This document shows, piece by piece, positions 60,482 through 64,000 of a DNA stretch of 64,000 bases. The notes beneath the pieces were generated by a model. It saw nothing but the letters and a program-made list of their open reading frames with translations, searched no databases and was not told where the DNA came from. Every line of letters begins with the position of its first letter. Position 1 is the first letter of the stretch. The DNA is from Candidatus Margulisiibacteriota bacterium. Lineage in GTDB: Bacteria > Margulisbacteria > WOR-1 > O2-12-FULL-45-9. A program made the position numbers and the translations under genes. The stretch is from the NCBI GenBank assembly GCA_034723395.1, contig JAYEOW010000029.1, positions 32,001-96,000 of the forward strand. The letters are read 5' to 3'.

Positions 60482-62344
60482 ATGGCTATTTACCAGCGTC
60501 CAGTATCAAGTGTTAAATTAGATCTTGGCCTGTTAGGGGTTAAAGGAAGGCTAATTACGCGGCATCGGCTTGCCCGCATGGAGAAGGGGGCTTATCGAGG
60601 GGTAATTGATTTAGTCAACCGTTTATCCGGCCAAACCGTTGTCGATCGATTAAAACTGGACCCTCCAGGCAAGCTTTCTGCTGGGACTTTAAAAGATATT
60701 CCGTTAGCTTTAGTTGCGGAAAAATTTGTAAGTGGAAGCAATGTCCAAACATTAGATCTGCGCGGGATCGAAAAGTTCTGGGCTAGAGAAGGGGCAGAGA
60801 GAGCAAAAAAACAATATCTCGGGGTTACTGCGGAACGGATAGAAGGGTTGTTTCCTGATCCGAAGACTTTACAGGTTGGCCACCTCTTGGATGTCCTTCT
60901 TGAAGAAAGACAGTATTTTGACCGCCTCGCTCGCGATCCGCAAGCAACGGTTGATAAAGTATTTAAAGCAATCGATCATGGAAAGGAGAAATTAGGATTC
61001 TTGAATGTTACTGTTTATCGCCCGATAGAGGATGGCAAGTGGGTGAGAACACAGCGGACCCGGCAATGGAGATCTTCTCAAACCTTAAAATATGATCCGG
61101 TAAAGGGAGGGGGTTTTCCGGAGACCACGCTAAAAAGTGTGATTGAAGGTGATAAATTGATCTATGACGTGATGATCAATGATCCAAAAACGTTTAGGCG
61201 TGAGGGGTTGGTGCCCGATTTTAGTTCGATCCGTAATGATCTAAAACAATCCAAGGGATCGGACCGGATGCTTTTTGTAAAATTGGTTTCAAGTTCGGGA
61301 GAGGTCGAAGGGGTGGTGCAGCTTCATAATCGGGTAAGTGTTGATGAGCCGATCGATTCGTTGCCTTTGCTGCCAAAAGAACCGCAAGACGCCCGCCGCA
61401 TCAAAACAGAATTGCTACTTTATTTTGATCAAGCGGTGCAGGCGATCGAAGCGATCAGGAATCGTGAAAGGTTAAGGGCTGCCGCTGTCTTCCCGGGCCA
61501 AGAGAGAAAAGATCCGACCGGAGAAGTTTATAGCCCGCTCCAATTTCACCGCTCAAGTGGTGACCCGGAACCGTATCTTGATCTAAAGATCGAGATCAAC
61601 CGGAGCCCATCGCTAAATTTTGAAAAGATCGAAGCCCGTGTAGTTGAACAGCTGACCGCGTTGGCCGAAGCTTGCGGCATTCTCCATATGAGTCCTGCGG
61701 AGATGCGGGAGCACGTCATACGGGTAAGCCGGGCAGAGATCGTGAGGAAAAAAGAGGAGATCGTCGGTTTTGGAACTTCACGGTATTTTGATAATTATGT
61801 TAACCATAAGGGGAAAAAAGAGACCTTAACCCTGCTTTGGGGGACGATGGTAAGGCCCGATATGCGCAGAAGGGGATTAATGATTAAGCTAAACTTTGAT
61901 CTGATCAAGGCGGCCAAAGAGGCGGTCCAACTTGCGATAACCGGTTTGTTCAAGAGTATAAGGCGGCTTTTTGTCCCGGCCCCGATCACGGTAAGGACTC
62001 AAAGTGTTGCCGTCCTTAATGCTTGTTCCCGGCATTTTAGCGGAGTAGCAAGAGTGGGGCAAACACCAAAAGATAGATATGGCCATATGACCAAGTTTGT
62101 TGCCGAACGGGAGAGCTGGGTGATCGATGGGAAGAATATCCAGCGAAATGCTTACGATCGGATGAGAGTTGATAGCAAAGGGGACCTGATCCCGGGATTG
62201 GGCCCTAATGATGCTTACGTCTTTTCGGGGGATTTTACCGCGTGGAAAGAATTTTTAACCTGGGTGGCGATTAAAATTATCTATCCAGCCAAATCTTGGT
62301 GGAAAAGGAAAGGTGGAAAAAAGAAGATCAGTTCTATTATTTAA
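60482..62344 (+). CDS. Orphan with a GAF-like middle region and a C-terminal GNAT-like acyltransferase domain
   Basis: SSGEVEGVVQLHNR (GAF-like); EIVGFG...TMVRPDMRRRGL (acyl-CoA-binding motif A). Confidence 0.65.
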   Translation: MAIYQRPVSSVKLDLGLLGVKGRLITRHRLARMEKGAYRGVIDLVNRLSGQTVVDRLKLDPPGKLSAGTLKDIPLALVAEKFVSGSNVQTLDLRGIEKFWAREGAERAKKQYLGVTAERIEGLFPDPKTLQVGHLLDVLLEERQYFDRLARDPQATVDKVFKAIDHGKEKLGFLNVTVYRPIEDGKWVRTQRTRQWRSSQTLKYDPVKGGGFPETTLKSVIEGDKLIYDVMINDPKTFRREGLVPDFSSIRNDLKQSKGSDRMLFVKLVSSSGEVEGVVQLHNRVSVDEPIDSLPLLPKEPQDARRIKTELLLYFDQAVQAIEAIRNRERLRAAAVFPGQERKDPTGEVYSPLQFHRSSGDPEPYLDLKIEINRSPSLNFEKIEARVVEQLTALAEACGILHMSPAEMREHVIRVSRAEIVRKKEEIVGFGTSRYFDNYVNHKGKKETLTLLWGTMVRPDMRRRGLMIKLNFDLIKAAKEAVQLAITGLFKSIRRLFVPAPITVRTQSVAVLNACSRHFSGVARVGQTPKDRYGHMTKFVAERESWVIDGKNIQRNAYDRMRVDSKGDLIPGLGPNDAYVFSGDFTAWKEFLTWVAIKIIYPAKSWWKRKGGKKKISSII

Positions 62345-62346
62345 CT

Positions 62347-63051
62347 ATGAAAATCAGCGGGCAAAAAATATTCTGGGGTACCTATTGGAAGATCTACCGG
62401 TCTTTGGCTGCAGTACGGCCCTATAAAAAAACGGTAGATCGGGGGATAAACCTGCTTGAGGTCAAAGATGGGGGACGTTATCTTGATCTTGCTTGCGGAC
62501 CGGGGATTACCAGCCGGAAGCTGAAAGACGCGGGCAGGAACTTGAGCGTGCTTGGCATAGATTCTTCTAAGTCGGGCCTGGCAATAGCGCGCGCGGATAA
62601 TCCCGATATCCATTTTGCGGTGGCTGATTTTAATATGCCTTTACCGATAAAATCCCGATCGATGGATGGCGTTTTTGCCAATAATGCTTTTTACCTGGTA
62701 AAAGACCCAGTAACAACGTTAGGCCGTATTCGCGATATTTTAAGGCCGGGCGGGATGTTTGTAATGTCAACGCCAAAAGAGGGGGCCAGGCCTTTTGCGA
62801 TCGTCAGGGAGCATTTAAAAGGGAGCAGGGGGATCTTCGAGCCCTTCAGGGTATTTGCCATGTTCTTAGCGTTCCTCCCGTTCCAGATCGCGCTCAAAGG
62901 CAGTGCGGGCGGAGCGGCAAATTTCTGGTCGCAAGAGAAATGGGAGGCAGTTTTAGAGGATGCCCGATTGAAGGGGATTGAATTTGAAGTTGTAGCGGCT
63001 GAACCATCGTACGCGGACCAGAATACAACCTTTGCCTTGCGTCGCACATAA
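62347..63051 (+). CDS. Class I SAM-dependent methyltransferase
   Basis: YLDLACGPG, GIDSS, VADFN and ILRPGG motifs; ATG 2 nt after the upstream stop. Confidence 0.9.
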   Translation: MKISGQKIFWGTYWKIYRSLAAVRPYKKTVDRGINLLEVKDGGRYLDLACGPGITSRKLKDAGRNLSVLGIDSSKSGLAIARADNPDIHFAVADFNMPLPIKSRSMDGVFANNAFYLVKDPVTTLGRIRDILRPGGMFVMSTPKEGARPFAIVREHLKGSRGIFEPFRVFAMFLAFLPFQIALKGSAGGAANFWSQEKWEAVLEDARLKGIEFEVVAAEPSYADQNTTFALRRT

Positions 63052-63066
63052 TGTATAATTGATTCT

Positions 63067-64000
63067 ATGCTTGAATATCTGATTCAAGTGCAAAATTTTT
63101 TACTTTTGCTTGCCCTCGTTTTAAACCTCGGGTTAAGTAGCTTTATTTTTGCTAAAAACAGCAAAAGCGAGATCAACCGCTCATTTTCTGCCATGCTTTT
63201 TTGGACGGCGGTATGGGTGGTCAGTTTGTTGGTCTTTTTAAACTTAAAAAACGGCGATTGGATACTTTTCGTCCGCCGGCTGACCCCGGTAGGCGCGTCG
63301 ATCCTGGTGGGGTATTTTCTCTGCTTTGCGAAGGTATTTCCCAAAAGCGAAGGAACATGTCCCTGGCAAAAACGGATATTCATCTTAGCGCCGGGATACG
63401 TTTTTGCGGCTCTATCCGTGACCACTCCCTGGATGATCGCCGGGTTTTCCATTGGTGATCCGCGCTACCTTTTTCTGGGAAAGCCTAGCTTTGGGTTTTT
63501 GTATTTTGTCTGGGCGCTTTATTTTATAAGTTATTTTGTCTTGGCCTCATATATTTTATATAGCAAGTTTAAAGACAGCGAAGGTCGGCAGAAACTCCAG
63601 GTTTGGTATGTGTTGTTTGGAACGGTTTTGGCCGGAGGGGGGGGCGCTTCGTTAAGCTTGTTACTGCCGCTTTTTAAGGTCCCGCAATTTTTTACAATTG
63701 GTCCGTTGGCAGCCCTGATCCTTGCCGGATTTACCGCGTATACAATTATCAAGTATAGGCTGCTCCAGATAGAGGATTTTTTGACCCGGGGAGTATATTT
63801 AATTATCGGCTTAAGCGCAATAATCGGGACAATGGTCTTTATGATGACCGGCCAGGTTGCTTTTGTGCCGACCTTTATCCTGATCTTTGTCCAGGGCGTG
63901 CTGGGGTTCTTGATATATATACGCAACAATAAAAGCGAGATCAATCTCTCTTATTCAGCGATCGTCTTCTTCTTCGCTTTTTGGAATTACTATGCGTATC
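63067..64000 (+). CDS. Multi-TM sensor with HisKA_7TM-like domains, 3'-truncated by the window edge (not in the ORF track)
   Basis: Open frame MLEYLIQVQ...FAKNSKSEINRSFSAM...YTIIKYRLLQIE...IRNNKSEINLSYSAI; TTGCCT-N16-TATAAT ends 7 nt before the ATG. Confidence 0.8.
   Translation, partial: MLEYLIQVQNFLLLLALVLNLGLSSFIFAKNSKSEINRSFSAMLFWTAVWVVSLLVFLNLKNGDWILFVRRLTPVGASILVGYFLCFAKVFPKSEGTCPWQKRIFILAPGYVFAALSVTTPWMIAGFSIGDPRYLFLGKPSFGFLYFVWALYFISYFVLASYILYSKFKDSEGRQKLQVWYVLFGTVLAGGGGASLSLLLPLFKVPQFFTIGPLAALILAGFTAYTIIKYRLLQIEDFLTRGVYLIIGLSAIIGTMVFMMTGQVAFVPTFILIFVQGVLGFLIYIRNNKSEINLSYSAIVFFFAFWNYYAY

Noticed and set aside
63084..63944. Minus-strand and alternative-frame ORFs at the window end
   Set aside because: They are shadows of the + strand multi-TM gene starting at 63067, which has no stop in the window.

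Overview
Gene-dense bacterial chromosome segment of roughly mid-40s % GC (estimated by eye). It is mostly housekeeping genes: clpC-radA, leuC, rnc-pyrC, ruvCA, class I fumarase-mdh, rsmA-pdxA-aminotransferase-lipA-pilT, pilD, an rpoN/NtrC module, pckG, tig-clpP-lon, a trpE/pabB-like gene, an NSS transporter, rpoD-dnaG-dgt-ppdK, rsfS-LCP-yqeK and an N-terminal-only glmU. Seven tRNA genes are present. The gene content suggests a diderm, fermentative Terrabacteria-type lineage, possibly Ca. Saganbacteria/Margulisbacteria (inference, not verified). No rRNA, CRISPR array, integrase or transposase was seen. The main signals are: (1) a 28-bp motif, TGAAATTT-N14-CGA(T/A)(A/G)(A/G), with identical spacing and sigma28-like geometry, upstream of four orphan loci (a degenerate RelA/SpoT-domain locus, a 1039-aa TPR protein, a 135-aa orphan and a GAF-like/GNAT protein), suggesting an undescribed alternative-sigma regulon of possible effector-like genes; (2) a self-contained sigma54 circuit with a catalytically dead NtrC paralogue behind a sigma54 promoter; (3) a GNAT, methyltransferase and tandem-7TM sensor cluster; (4) a 108-bp hairpin mini-element that duplicates a tRNA 3' end, plus REP-like palindromes and heptamer repeats inserted in-frame in conserved genes.
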